Origin: Eledone cirrhosa
Lineage: Eukaryota
Reading direction: 5' to 3'
Length of the DNA: 31,684 nucleotides
Assembly: GCA_964016885.1 (NCBI GenBank)
Contig: CAXHJY010000583.1
Coordinates: 1 to 31,684 of the forward strand
Shown in pieces: positions 17,936-31,684 of the stretch; the stretch's first letter is position 1; each line of letters opens with the position of its first letter. A program made the position numbers and the translations under genes. The notes under the pieces are model-generated. The model did no database searches, was not told the origin of the DNA, and saw only the letters and a program-made list of their open reading frames with translations.

Positions 17936-20222
17936 CTCTGGAACGGTGGGACACACCATGGTCACCCGGATAGTAAACCAAGTCATACAGAATGGGGTTG
18001 TTCCGAAGGACTGGCGTAGCAGCATCATCATTAACTGTTACAAGGGTAAAGGAGATGCCCTAGATAGGAGTAACTATAGAGGCATTAAATTAATCGACCA
18101 GGTCATGAAGGTCACGGAAAAAGTAATAGCGCAACTAATCAGAGAGAGAATTGACCTAGATGAAATGCAGTTCGGTTTTGTGTCAGGCAAAAGTACCACA
18201 GACGCTCTTTTCATTGTACGACAACTACAGGAGAAGTACCTAGCTTAAACTAAACCCCTATACTTAGCTTTTGTTGACTTGGAGAAAGCCTTCGACAGAG
18301 TCCCCCGTTCCATTATCTGGTGGGTTCTAAGTTGAAGGCATCTGGTATGGTGGGACACACTATGGTCACCCGTATAGTTAACCAAGTAATACAGAATGGG
18401 GTCATACCGAAAGACTGGTGTAGCAGCATCATCATTAACTGCTACAAGAGTAAAGGGGATGCTCTAGATAGAGGAAACTATTGAGGCATTAAGTTAGTTG
18501 ACCAGGTCATGAAGGTCACAGAAAGCGTTATAGCGCAACTAATCAGAGAGCGAATTGATCTAGATGAAATGCAGTTTGGGTTTGTGTCGGGTAAAAGTAC
18601 CACAGAGGCTCTTTTCCATGTACAACAACTACAAGAGAAGTACCTAGCTTAAACTAAACCCCTCTATTTAGCTTTTGTATACCTGGAGAAAGCTTTTGAC
18701 AGAGTCTCCCGCTCCGTTATCTGGTGGGCTCTTAGAAAACTAGGTGTAGATGAATGGCTTGTGAGAGCTATACCAGCTATGTATAATGAAACAGTCAGTA
18801 AGTATTTAGTGTAAAAGTTGGCGTTCATCAAGGCTCTCTCCTTAGCCCCCTCTTATTTATTATTGCCCTTCAGGCTATAACAGAGGAGTTCAAGACCGGC
18901 TGCCCATGGGAACTCCTATACGCAGATGATTAACGCTCATAGCTGAATCAATGGCTGAACTAGAGAAGAAATTCCAAACATGGAAGCATGGCCTAGAATC
19001 AAAAGGCCTTAAATTTAACTTGTCTAAGACTAAAGTTCTAGTTTGTAGAAAGGAAAATAGGGCACAGGTGCCCTCAGGGAAATGGCCATGCTGAGTGTGT
19101 AGGAAAGGAGTAGGCAGAAATTCAATTTTATATCCCAAATGCAAAGTATGGGTACATAAAAGATGTAGTGGGATGGCAGGTAAACTATCTAAGAACGTAG
19201 ACTTTATATGTGGCCAATGCTCAGGTGCAATAAGTAGCAAGTGTTCAAAGGATAGTAGCTCCTTCTATTGCCCAGATGGTTCTATAGAAATAGTAGACAC
19301 TTTCCGTTACCTGGGTGATGAAATCAGCAGTGGTGGAGGGTGTTCTGAAAGTACAGTAGCCAGAGTCAGAACGGGATGGAAAACGTTCAGACAGCTTATA
19401 CTGCTGTTGGCCACAAAAGGTTTCTCTCTAAAAATGAAAGGCAGATTGTATGATGCCTGTATACGAACAGCAATGCTACATGGCAGTGAGACATGGGCAT
19501 TGTGTGCAGAGGACCTGTGCAGACTGGAAAGGAATGAAGCATGCATGCTCCGTTGGATATGTAATAGTGATATACGCGAACGGCAAAACATAAATGAACT
19601 AAGTGAGAAATTAGGAATAAGAGGGATCAGATGCTGTTTAGTTGAGAGAAGACTACGTTGGTATGGTCACGTGATGCGCATGAAAAACGACAGCTGTATA
19701 AAAAAGTGCAGGGCGATCAAAATTGATGGTAGTTACGGAGTAGGTAGACCCAGAAAAACCTGGGACGATCTGATAAATTCCGACCTTACACACTTACACC
19801 TCTCTAAGACAATTTCACTGGACCGAGATGTTTGGTGACCCGCCTTGCCTATGTACAAAGCAAAACCTACAGTCAGTAGGCACCTCTTAACCAAATATAC
19901 ACCCCAATCCACTACCCCAACACTATCCTCCCACTCCCACCAACAGCACGAGATAATGAGATCGAGACCATGTACGTGTCACAACAAAAAACACACACAG
20001 TCCACGCTGTAATGTGGCCTTGTAGGGAACACAGTAAAAAGTTCCCAGTTCCACACTGTAAACTTGGTTGGTGTTAGGAAGGGCATCCAGCCGTAGAAAA
20101 CCTGCCAGACAGTCCTGTATGAGCGAAACACGGTCACCCGACCAGCCTTGCCTCAAGTGGGACAACTCCCGTCTAACCCATGCTAGCGTGGAAAATGGAC
20201 GTTAAGCGAAGATGACGATGAT
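17936..20222 (+). mobile_element. Degenerate RTE family A-related LINE with a duplicated ~400-bp RT segment at its 5' end
   Basis: Two successive [12 protein letters not shown]...AFDRV blocks (17936-18330, then from 18331). Stops and deletions, decayed PHD finger (TGA and C>Y), diverged 3'UTR and degenerate GATGACGATGAT tail. Confidence 0.92.
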
Positions 20223-21026
<804 letters not shown>

Positions 21027-21689
21027 GTAAGTATGTGTGTATACATACATACATATATGTATACAGACGTACAGTAGCATGCATATATATATATATATAT
21101 ATACATATACATACAGGTACACATACATATATGCACGTATCAGTTTAGCGGACGCTTATTATAACGCCGCTTTGTTCGTTTGTAAACAAACTGAACAGCC
21201 TGAATTTTTATGCCGGACGGTGTTAAGGCAACCACGTCACCTTTTTGTTCAACACTGACACAGGAACGAAGCACTAGTTTCAAGCTTGTTAGCTATCATC
21301 AGCACCGTATACCCATCTGCCAGATAGTTGAACGTTCGAAAGTATATACTTTCCTTATGAAAATTAACGGCTGAGCAGCCTAATTTGCATATCGAGTGAG
21401 CTAAGTCGGTCAGGCATACCGAAAACGATAAGTTGAAATAATATGAAAATGAAATTTCATTTCTCACTCTTAGTACGGCACTTACTTAAATGTAAGTATG
21501 TGTGTATATGTACATACATAGATGTATACAGACGTACAGTAGCATGCATATATATATATATATATATATACATACAGGTACACATACATATATGCACGTA
21601 TCAGTTTAGCGGACGCTTATTATAACGCCGCTTTGTTCGTTTGTAAACAAACTGAACAGCCTGAATTTTTGTGTATGTGTACCTGTATG

Positions 21690-21733
<44 letters not shown>

Positions 21734-21846
21734 TGCTACTGTACGTCTGTATACATATATGTATGTACGTATACACACATACTTACATTTAAGTAAGTGC
21801 CGTACTAAGAGTGAGAAATGAAATTTCGTTTTCATTTTATTTCGAC
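21027..21846 (-). mobile_element. Non-coding PLE/retrozyme-like element: ~1.4 tandem units of a ~464-bp monomer plus an inverted arm, with a hammerhead-like motif
   Basis: Direct repeat 21027-21208 / 21492-21670. Inverted repeat 21432-21588 / 21673-21846. Hammerhead-like motif at 21266-21308 (-). Confidence 0.65.
21266..21308 (-). ncRNA. Degenerate minimal hammerhead (G at the cleavage position)
   Basis: ACGGTG-CTGATGA-T-AGCT-AACA-AGCT-T-GAAA-CTAG-TG-CTTCGT. Stem III is the palindrome ACTAGT and stem I is imperfect. Confidence 0.55.
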
Positions 21847-22358
21847 ATATATATATATACATATATATACATATACATATATATATATATACATATATAT
21901 ACATATATATATACATATATATACATATATATAAATATATATATACATATATATATACATATATATAAATATATATATACATATATATATACATATATAT
22001 ATATACATATATATATACATATATATACATATATATAAATATATATATACATATATATATACATATATATATATACATATATATATACATATATATACAT
22101 ATATATAAATATGTATATACATATATATATACATATATATACATATATATATACATATATATATACATATATATACATATATATATACATATATATACAT
22201 ATATATAAATATATATATACATATATATATATACATATATATATATACATATACATATATATATATACATATACATATATATATATACATATACATATAT
22301 ATATATACATATATATATATACATATACATATATATACATATACATATATATATATAC

Positions 22359-22403
<45 letters not shown>

Positions 22404-22620
22404 CATACATATATATACATATATATATATACATATATATATATACATATATATATACATATATATATATATACATATATATATATACATATATATATAT
22501 ACATATATATATACATATATACATACATATATATATACATATATATACATATATATATATACATATATATATACATATATATATATACATATATATATAC
22601 ATATATATATATACATATAC

Positions 22621-22672
<52 letters not shown>

Positions 22673-22718
22673 ATACATATATATATACATATATATATAC
22701 ATATACATATATATATAC

Positions 22719-22750
<32 letters not shown>

Positions 22751-22780
22751 ATACATATACATATATATATACATATATAC

Positions 22781-22827
<47 letters not shown>

Positions 22828-22897
22828 CATATATATATACATATATATACATATACATATATATACATATATATACATATATATACATATATATATA

Positions 22898-22929
<32 letters not shown>

Positions 22930-22930
22930 C

Positions 22931-22969
<39 letters not shown>

Positions 22970-23324
22970 CATATATACATATATATACATATATATACAT
23001 ATATACATATATATACATATATATACATATATATATATACATATACATATATATACATATATATATATACATATACATATATACATATATATATACATAT
23101 ATACATATATATATATATATACATACATATATATACATATATATATATACATATATATATATACATACATATATATACATATATATATATACATACATAT
23201 ATACATATATATATATACATACATATATATACATATATATATATACATACATATATACATATATATATATACATATATATATACATATATATATATGCAT
23301 ATATATATACATATATATATATGC

Positions 23325-23355
<31 letters not shown>

Positions 23356-23430
23356 CATATATATACATATATATATATGCATATATATATACATATATAT
23401 ATACATATATATACATATATATATATATAC

Positions 23431-23461
<31 letters not shown>

Positions 23462-23472
23462 CATATATATAC
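21847..23472. repeat. (TA)n/(TATACA)n microsatellite
   Basis: Directly visible. Confidence 0.98.
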
Positions 23473-24156
23473 AAAATATTAAATACTAAATCTCTTCCTT
23501 CCAATATTGAATTTCATAATAACAGTAATAGTACTCCCGACGTCATTGTAAACCCTAGGCTAACTTCTGTAAACCCAAATACAACGTCAAACACAACTTC
23601 GCTAAATGTTCATAATCCAACTCTAAATCAAGAAACTATTATTCCTATTATTCCTATCGCAAACAACTTCTCCAATCCAATTCCTTCTATAGATAACACT
23701 AGATCACTCATTAATAATCTCTCTAATTGCAACTGCCGCATTAAAAATAAATGTCCTCTCAACAACCATTGCCTCGATAAAAACTTAATTTATGAATGTA
23801 AAATTATAACTAGCACCAATTCCTTCACCTATTTTGGCTCCACTTCCACCTCTTTTAAAGCTCGTCTCTATAATCATCATTCATCTTTCAAATACAAACT
23901 TAAAAGAACTAACACTGCTCTCTCAGAACTCATATGGTCCTTAAAAGACAAAAACATTAAATATAACATCTTTTGGAAAAAGATTTCTTCTGCATCCTCA
24001 TACTTGAACAGCTCTCTATCTAAAATCTGTAATCTCTGCCTAAATGAAAAATTTACTATTATCTCTAACCTAGAATCTATAATAAATAGACGCTCAGATT
24101 TGTTTTCTATCTGCCTGCATAAATTCCATAGAACTTTTCACAAAGTATACAGTTAA
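23473..24156 (+). pseudogene. PLE ORF C-terminus: N/T/S/P-rich linker + Cys-rich motif + GIY-YIG endonuclease (no start codon, RT missing)
   Basis: [18 protein letters not shown]...[45 protein letters not shown]; stop TAA at 24154-24156. Confidence 0.85.
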
Positions 24157-24640
24157 TATTCAATTCTTTATCAATTTAGAATCTTTTCTCAAAGGCACAT
24201 ATACATACACCTCTTTAAAATATACCCATCTACCTTACTTTAAAGGGCATTATACACTCTATAATACTTGTTTACTCATTACCCTCATTCTATCTTCTCG
24301 TAAAATAATAACATTTGTTTTTGACATTTTGAATATTCATCCGCAATCATTATTTTTTTCTCTCTATCATAAATCTTTTTAATCTCAATTTCATCCTTAA
24401 TTTATTATTATTTTTTTCTCCCCATCAACGAACTCATTATTAATACATATCAATTCAATATACAAACTTTAACTTCACATTATTTTTCTCAAATCCTTCT
24501 ACACTTCTCAAATCCTTCTACCTTAACAATTTTTCTCTTCGCTAATTTTGAAATTGCCACAATACATACATTTCTTCTTTTGACGTTAGAATATTCACCC
24601 ACAATTATTATTTTTTTCTCTCTATCTTCATACATAATTT

Positions 24641-25050
24641 CCCTTCGTTAATTTTCAAATTCCTTTAATTTATACATTATTTCCAACGGTTCCCAACCTC
24701 TCTATATTAAAACAATATATCTTTTTCTCAGTTATAAAAACTATCTCTTTCTCTCTATCACCCATCTCTCCCTCTCCACCTTCACTCTCATCTCCTCCCC
24801 CCTTTTTTTCATCCTTTCCACCCCACCCTCCCTAAATAAAATATGTTTTCCTCGCACATATCCTCCCTTCGTTAATTTTCAAAATTTTTAATTTATACAG
24901 TATCTTCCAACGGTTTTCAACCCCTCTATGTAAAAAATATATTTCCTCTCAGTTATAAAAACTATCTCTTTCTCTCTATCACCCATCTCTCCCTCTCATC
25001 TCCTTCCCTTTTCATCCTCCCCCCCCCCTCTCTAAATAAAATATTTTTCC
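24641..25050 (+). repeat. ~220-bp imperfect tandem duplication in the PLE 3' region
   Basis: CCCTTCGTTAATTTTCAAA...CTCAGTTATAAAAACTATCTCTTTCTCTCTATCACCCATCTCTCCCTCTC...CTAAATAAAATAT starts at 24641 and again at 24865. Confidence 0.9.
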
Positions 25051-25146
25051 CAATATCACACATCAATCTAAAACCACTTTTCATATGTTGATTTAAAACT
25101 GCACTATCAACAAGTGTTTTTTTAGCCTTCATATCATGTTCTCCTG

Positions 25147-25213
25147 TTTTATCTGATGAAAACACAAATATTATTGCTTGATGATGTTTGTTTTTGAAAT
25201 GCGCATAATAAAA
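25147..25213 (+). ncRNA. Minimal type I hammerhead ribozyme (predicted cleavage after AUA at 25207)
   Basis: TTTTAT-CTGATGA-AAACACAAATATTATTGCTTGATGATGTTTGTTTTT-GAAA-TGCGCA-TA-ATAAAA, in the same sense as the GIY-YIG ORF. Confidence 0.85.
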
Positions 25214-25339
25214 TATATGGAACTCCTTTAACCATCTTTTGATCTTATATTATGCATACTCCAGTCCCACAAACTGTAGAGTGCTTCTTATCCGATATCT
25301 GCATTGCTTTATTGTACTACAATAAAACTCACCTCCTAC

Positions 25340-26966
<1,627 letters not shown>

Positions 26967-27145
26967 ACACCAACCACACTGTAAATGTGGTTGGTGTTAG
27001 GAAGGGCATCCAACTGTAGAAAACCTGCCAGACAGTCCTATGCGAGCAAGACAATCACTCTTGCCTCAAGTGGGACTACCCCCGTCCAAACCCATGCAAG
27101 CGTGGAACACGGACGTTAAACGTTGATGATGATGATGATGATGAT
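26967..27145 (+). mobile_element. Very short RTE family A 3'-end insertion with a fold-back 5' junction
   Basis: Matches 29773-29944; (GAT)n tail at 27124-27145. Confidence 0.93.
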
Positions 27146-27152
27146 ATACATA

Positions 27153-27187
<35 letters not shown>

Positions 27188-27188
<1 letters not shown>

Positions 27189-29944
27189 GAAGACGTGACA
27201 GAGTGTCTGTTGTAAACACTAAATCCCTCCCCCATGAAGAATGCACCTCCCAACATAGACTGATAATTAGCGACCTCATAGTCAGGACGAGACGTACTCG
27301 ACAGCAGAAGAGGACTATCCTCAGGAGGAAAATATGGAAACAAAAGGACCCCACAGCCAGAAATAAATTTCAAAGCATATTACTTGATGCTTTCGACAGT
27401 AAGGAAGAGCATCTAGAATCGGACAATATAGAGGGACAGTGGGAATTTCTGAAAGCAAACCTGCTGTTGGCGACAGACGAAGTCTGTGGCTGGAGCAGGC
27501 CTGTAGGCCTGTAACTTGGTGGTGGAACAGTAGGGTGGAAGGGTCAATTAAGGCCAAAAAGCAGGCTTGGAAAGTATGGCGGGATGGGGGAAGTAGAGTA
27601 GACTATCAAGTGGCCAGGAGGGAAGCTAGGAGAGAAGTGTACTTAGCAAGAAGGGAAGCTGAGGAAAGAAAGTTCAAGCATGTTCTACAACGCGATGACC
27701 AAAAACGTGAGGTGTTCAGGATTGCCAGGCAATGCGTCAAGGAAAACCGTGATATTGTCGGGGAGAAGTGTGTACTTAACGATGATGGCATACTTGCCAT
27801 CATCGACACTGATAAGAAGGTAGCTTGGAAGTGTCACTATGAAAGGCTACTAAATGAGGAGAATAAATGGGAGAAAGACAGTCTCCCCCATATCGACCCG
27901 ATAGAGGGACCAGCAGTGTTAGTCGAGGGGAGTATAATAAGTAAGGCAATCAAGGATATGAAGACGGGTAAGGCAGCTGGGCCTTCGGAAATAGTTGCTG
28001 AGATGCTGAAGGCATCTGGCACGGTGGGACACACCATGGTCACCCGCATAGTTAACCAAGTCGTACAGAATGGGGTTGTTCCGAAGGACTGGCATAGCAG
28101 CATCATCGTTAACTGTTATAAGGGTAAAGGAGACGCCCTAGATAGGAGTAACTATAGAGGCATTAAATTAATCGACCAGGTCATGAAGGTCACGGAAAAA
28201 GTAATAGCGCAACTAATCAGAAAGAGAATTGACCTAGATGAAATGCAGTTCGGGTTTGTGTCAGGCAAAAGCACCACAGACGCTCTTTTCATAGTACGAC
28301 ACTACAGGAGAAGTACCTAGCTAAAGGTAAACCCCTCTACTTAGCTTTTGTCGACCTGGAGAAAGCCTTCGACAGAGTCCCCCGCTCCATTATCTGGTGG
28401 GCTCTTAGAAAACTAGGCGTTGACGAATGGCTTGTGAGGGCTATACAAGCCATGTATAAAGAAACAGTCAGCAAGGTTAGAATTAACAATGAATATAGTG
28501 AAGAGTTTAGCGTAAAAGTTGGCGTCCATCAGGGCTCTGTTCTCAGCCCCCTACTATTTATTATTGCCCTTCAGGCTATAACAGAGGAGTTCAAGACAGG
28601 CTGCCCATGGGAACTGCTATACGCAGACGACCTGACACTCATAGCGGAATCAATGGCCGAGCTAGAGAAGAAATTCCAAACATGGAAGCACGGCCTAGAG
28701 TCAAAAGGACTTAAAATTAACCTGGCTAAGACCAAAGTTCTAGTTTGTAGGAAAGAAAACAAGGCGGCGGTCCCTTCTGGGAAATGGTCGTGCTCGGTGT
28801 GTAGGAAAGGCGTAGGTAGAAACTCCATTTTATGTCCTAAATGCAAAGTATGGGTGCATAAAAGATGTAGTGGGATCACAGGTAAGCTAACTAAGAACAT
28901 AGATTTTACATGTGGCCAGTGTTCTGGTGCAATAAGTAGCAGCAAGTGCCCACAAAATACTAGCTCTTTCAATTGCGCAGAGGGTTCTATAGAAATAGTG
29001 GACAGCTTCCGTTACCTGGGCGATAAAATCAGCAGTGGGGGAGGGTGCTCTGAAAGTACTGTAGCTAGAGTCAGAACTGGTTGGAAAAAGTTCAGAGAGC
29101 TTATACCACTATTAGCTGCTAAAGGGTTCTCCCTAAAAATGAAAGGCAGGTTGTACGATGCCTGCATACGAACAACAATGTTGCATGGTAGTGAGACCTG
29201 GGCATTGTGTGCAGAGGATATACGCAGACTAGAGAGGAACGAAGCTTGCATGCTCCGCTGGATGTGTAACAGTAATATACGTGAACGGCAAAGCATAAAC
29301 GAACTAAGGAAAAAATTAGAGATAAGAGGGATCAGATGTTGTTTACTCGAGAGAAGGCTGCGTTGGTATGGACACGTGATGCGCATGAAAGTCGATAGCT
29401 GTATTACAAAGTGCAGGGCAATAAAGATAGACGGTAGCCACGGAATAGGCAGACCTAGAAAAACATGGGATGAGCTGATAAACTCCGACCTCACACACTT
29501 ACACCTCTCCAAGACAATGTCACTGGACCGAGACCTTTGGCGGTACTCAGTAACAGAGAAGACCCGCCTTGCCAGTAGGCATCTCTAACAAAATACACCC
29601 CGTCCCGCCACCACCCCCACCCCATCCACACCACCCCGTTCTATGTAAAGTTATGTTGGTGCCGCGCCATCCAGGCCGAAACAAATGAGATCGTGTAGGT
29701 GTCACGACAAAAAAACACACAGTCCACGCTGTAATGTGGCCGTGTAGGCAACACGGTAAAAACCTCCCAGACCCACACTGTAAATGTGGTTGGTGTTAGG
29801 AAGGGCATCCAAGTGTAGAAAACCGGCCAGACAGCCCTATGCGAGCAAGACAATCACTCTTGCCTCAAGTGGGACTACCCCCGTCTAAACCCATGCAAGC
29901 GTGGAACACGGACGTTAAACGTTGATGATGATGATGATGATGAT
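27188..29944 (+). mobile_element. 5'-truncated RTE LINE family A (late APE to tail)
   Basis: Near-identical inverted counterpart of 1779-4533. Frameshifts at ~27510 and ~28300; the C-terminal frame is open to the stop at 29586-29588, followed by 3'UTR and (GAT)n tail. Confidence 0.96.
27189..29588 (+). pseudogene. RTE ORF in three frame segments (27203-27514, 27439-28320, 28434-29588), with PHD finger at 28791-28922
   Basis: Translations in the ORF track match the 868-aa ORF almost residue for residue. Confidence 0.94.
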
Positions 29945-29982
29945 ATATATATATATACATATATATATACATATATATATAC

Positions 29983-30017
<35 letters not shown>

Positions 30018-30164
30018 CATATATATATACATATATATATACATATATATATACATATATATATACATATATATATACATATATATATACATATATATAT
30101 ACATATATATATACATATATATAAACATATATATATACATATATATATATACATATATATATAT
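29945..30164. repeat. Regular (TATATATATACA)n-type tract
   Basis: Directly visible. Confidence 0.96.
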
Positions 30165-30670
30165 AGTAGAATAATTGAGTATCGGAAAATCAGCTCACGA
30201 GCTTACGATAAACAAATTCGAAATGAGCGCCAGAGGGCTCAATAATTCAGATAAATCAGAGCTATAACTATCGTTAAAATACCAACACACAAAGAACATG
30301 TCTCAAATCAACCATACGACCGAAAAATTACGACCAGGAAGATTCGGGTCACTCAGATAAAATATCAATATATCAATAAATCATATGAATGTAAAAAGCT
30401 TACCCGGACCCACTAGAGAGATGGTAAATCTAGATTCTTGGGTTTCTGCAATTCCTTAATACGCCCCCTATCAGCCCACATAAAAATATATAAGACTTCT
30501 AGAGAACGGACGGACCGGAACACTTTATCAACGGGTCTTGTCCAAACGAATAAAAAAGCTAACCCTAGCTGAGACGCACATGGTGTCCAGCAAGGGAGAT
30601 AACCTCTATATCCACGAAAGATTTTTGGTAATGTGGGAAACCGCATATCGAATAAGAGTGCTCAAAGGAC
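30165..30670 (+). other. Unassigned ~500-bp complex island; possibly a decayed L1/Tx1-type ORF2 C-terminus
   Basis: Unique within the window and flanked by TA repeat. Broken frames give ILGF..., KYIR...E...HERFLVMW, loosely resembling L1/Tx1 C-termini, but no intact CCHC motif. Confidence 0.25.
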
Positions 30671-30740
30671 ATATATATATACATATATATATACACATAT
30701 ATATATATACATATATATATATATACATATATATATATAC

Positions 30741-30787
<47 letters not shown>

Positions 30788-31018
30788 CATATATATATAT
30801 ACATATATATATATACATATATATATATACATATATATATATACATATATATATATACATATATATATATACATATATATATATACATATATATATATAA
30901 ATATATATATATACATATATATATACATATATATATATATATACATATATACATATATATATATATATACATATATACATATATATATATACATACATAT
31001 ATACATATATATATATAC

Positions 31019-31053
<35 letters not shown>

Positions 31054-31083
31054 CATATATACATATATATATATACATATATA
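30671..31083. repeat. (TA)n/(TATACA)n microsatellite
   Basis: Directly visible. Confidence 0.97.
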
Positions 31084-31520
31084 TCATCATCATCATCATC
31101 ATCATCAACGTTTAACGTCCGTGTTCCACGCTTGCATGGGTTTGGACGGGGGTAGTCCCACTTGAGGCAAGAGTGATTGTCTTGCTCGCATAGGACTGTC
31201 TGGCAGGTTTTCTACAGTTGGATGCCCTTCCTAACACCAACCACATTTACAGTGTGGGTCTGGGAGGTTTTTACCGTGTTGCCTACACGGCCACATTACA
31301 GCGTGGACTGTGTGTTTTTTTGTCGTGACACCTACACGATCTCATTTGTTTCGGCCTGGATGGCGCGGCACCAGCATAACTTTACATAGAACGGGGTGGT
31401 GTGGATGGGGTGGGGGTGGTGGCGGGACGGGGTGTATTTTGTTAGAGATGCCTACTGGCAAGGCGGGTCTTCTCTGTTACTGAGTACCGCCAAAGGTCTC
31501 GGTCCAGTGACATTGTCTTG
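31084..31520 (-). mobile_element. Short 5'-truncated RTE family A copy (last ~26 codons + 3'UTR + tail)
   Basis: Near-identical to 1779-2206; (CAT)n at 31084-31107; [25 protein letters not shown]. Confidence 0.95.
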
Positions 31521-31599
31521 TATATATATATATATATATACATATATACATATATACATATATATATACATATATACATATATATATATACATATATAC

Positions 31600-31636
<37 letters not shown>

Positions 31637-31641
31637 CATAC

Positions 31642-31674
<33 letters not shown>

Positions 31675-31684
31675 CATACATATA
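31521..31684. repeat. (TA)n/(TACA) microsatellite to the window edge
   Basis: Directly visible. Confidence 0.97.

Larger units (their letters stand above)
23473..25339 (+). mobile_element. 5'-truncated Penelope-like retroelement (Naiad-like) with 3' terminal-repeat region and hammerhead
   Basis: GIY-YIG ORF remnant, then ~1.2 kb of non-coding pyrimidine-rich sequence with a hammerhead at 25147-25213. Both ends join TA repeat. Confidence 0.85.

Noticed and set aside
22111-23472. Apparent 681-aa IY-repeat/GIY-YIG fusion protein
   Set aside because: The N-terminal part is microsatellite that happens to be in frame with a 5'-truncated PLE ORF.
24157-25060. Possible SECIS element after the Naiad-like ORF
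   Set aside because: There is no in-frame TGA in the visible ORF and I could not recognise a convincing SECIS fold by eye.

Overview
This is eukaryotic DNA with no recognisable host gene. It is a very long (TA)n/(TATACA)n microsatellite array broken up by retroelement insertions. The repeat mix suggests a mollusc, possibly a coleoid cephalopod such as Octopus (inference only). The many IY/YI/MY-rich ORFs are microsatellite artefacts. Real features: (i) eight copies or fragments of RTE-clade LINEs from two families, with APE endonuclease, reverse transcriptase (RT) and (GAT)n tails; every copy that spans the region carries a C4HC3 PHD-type zinc finger inserted near the end of the RT, and every visible 3' tail abuts TA repeat; (ii) a 5'-truncated CORE-SINE whose 3' half is shared with these LINEs, including a covarying terminal stem-loop; (iii) a Penelope-like element (PLE) with a GIY-YIG endonuclease, plus several non-coding PLE/retrozyme-like pieces carrying minimal type I hammerhead ribozymes from four unrelated sequence families, often in inverted or partially tandem arrangements. 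The best candidate for an undescribed system is a TA-microsatellite-associated RTE LINE with an RT-embedded PHD finger, together with its partner SINE.
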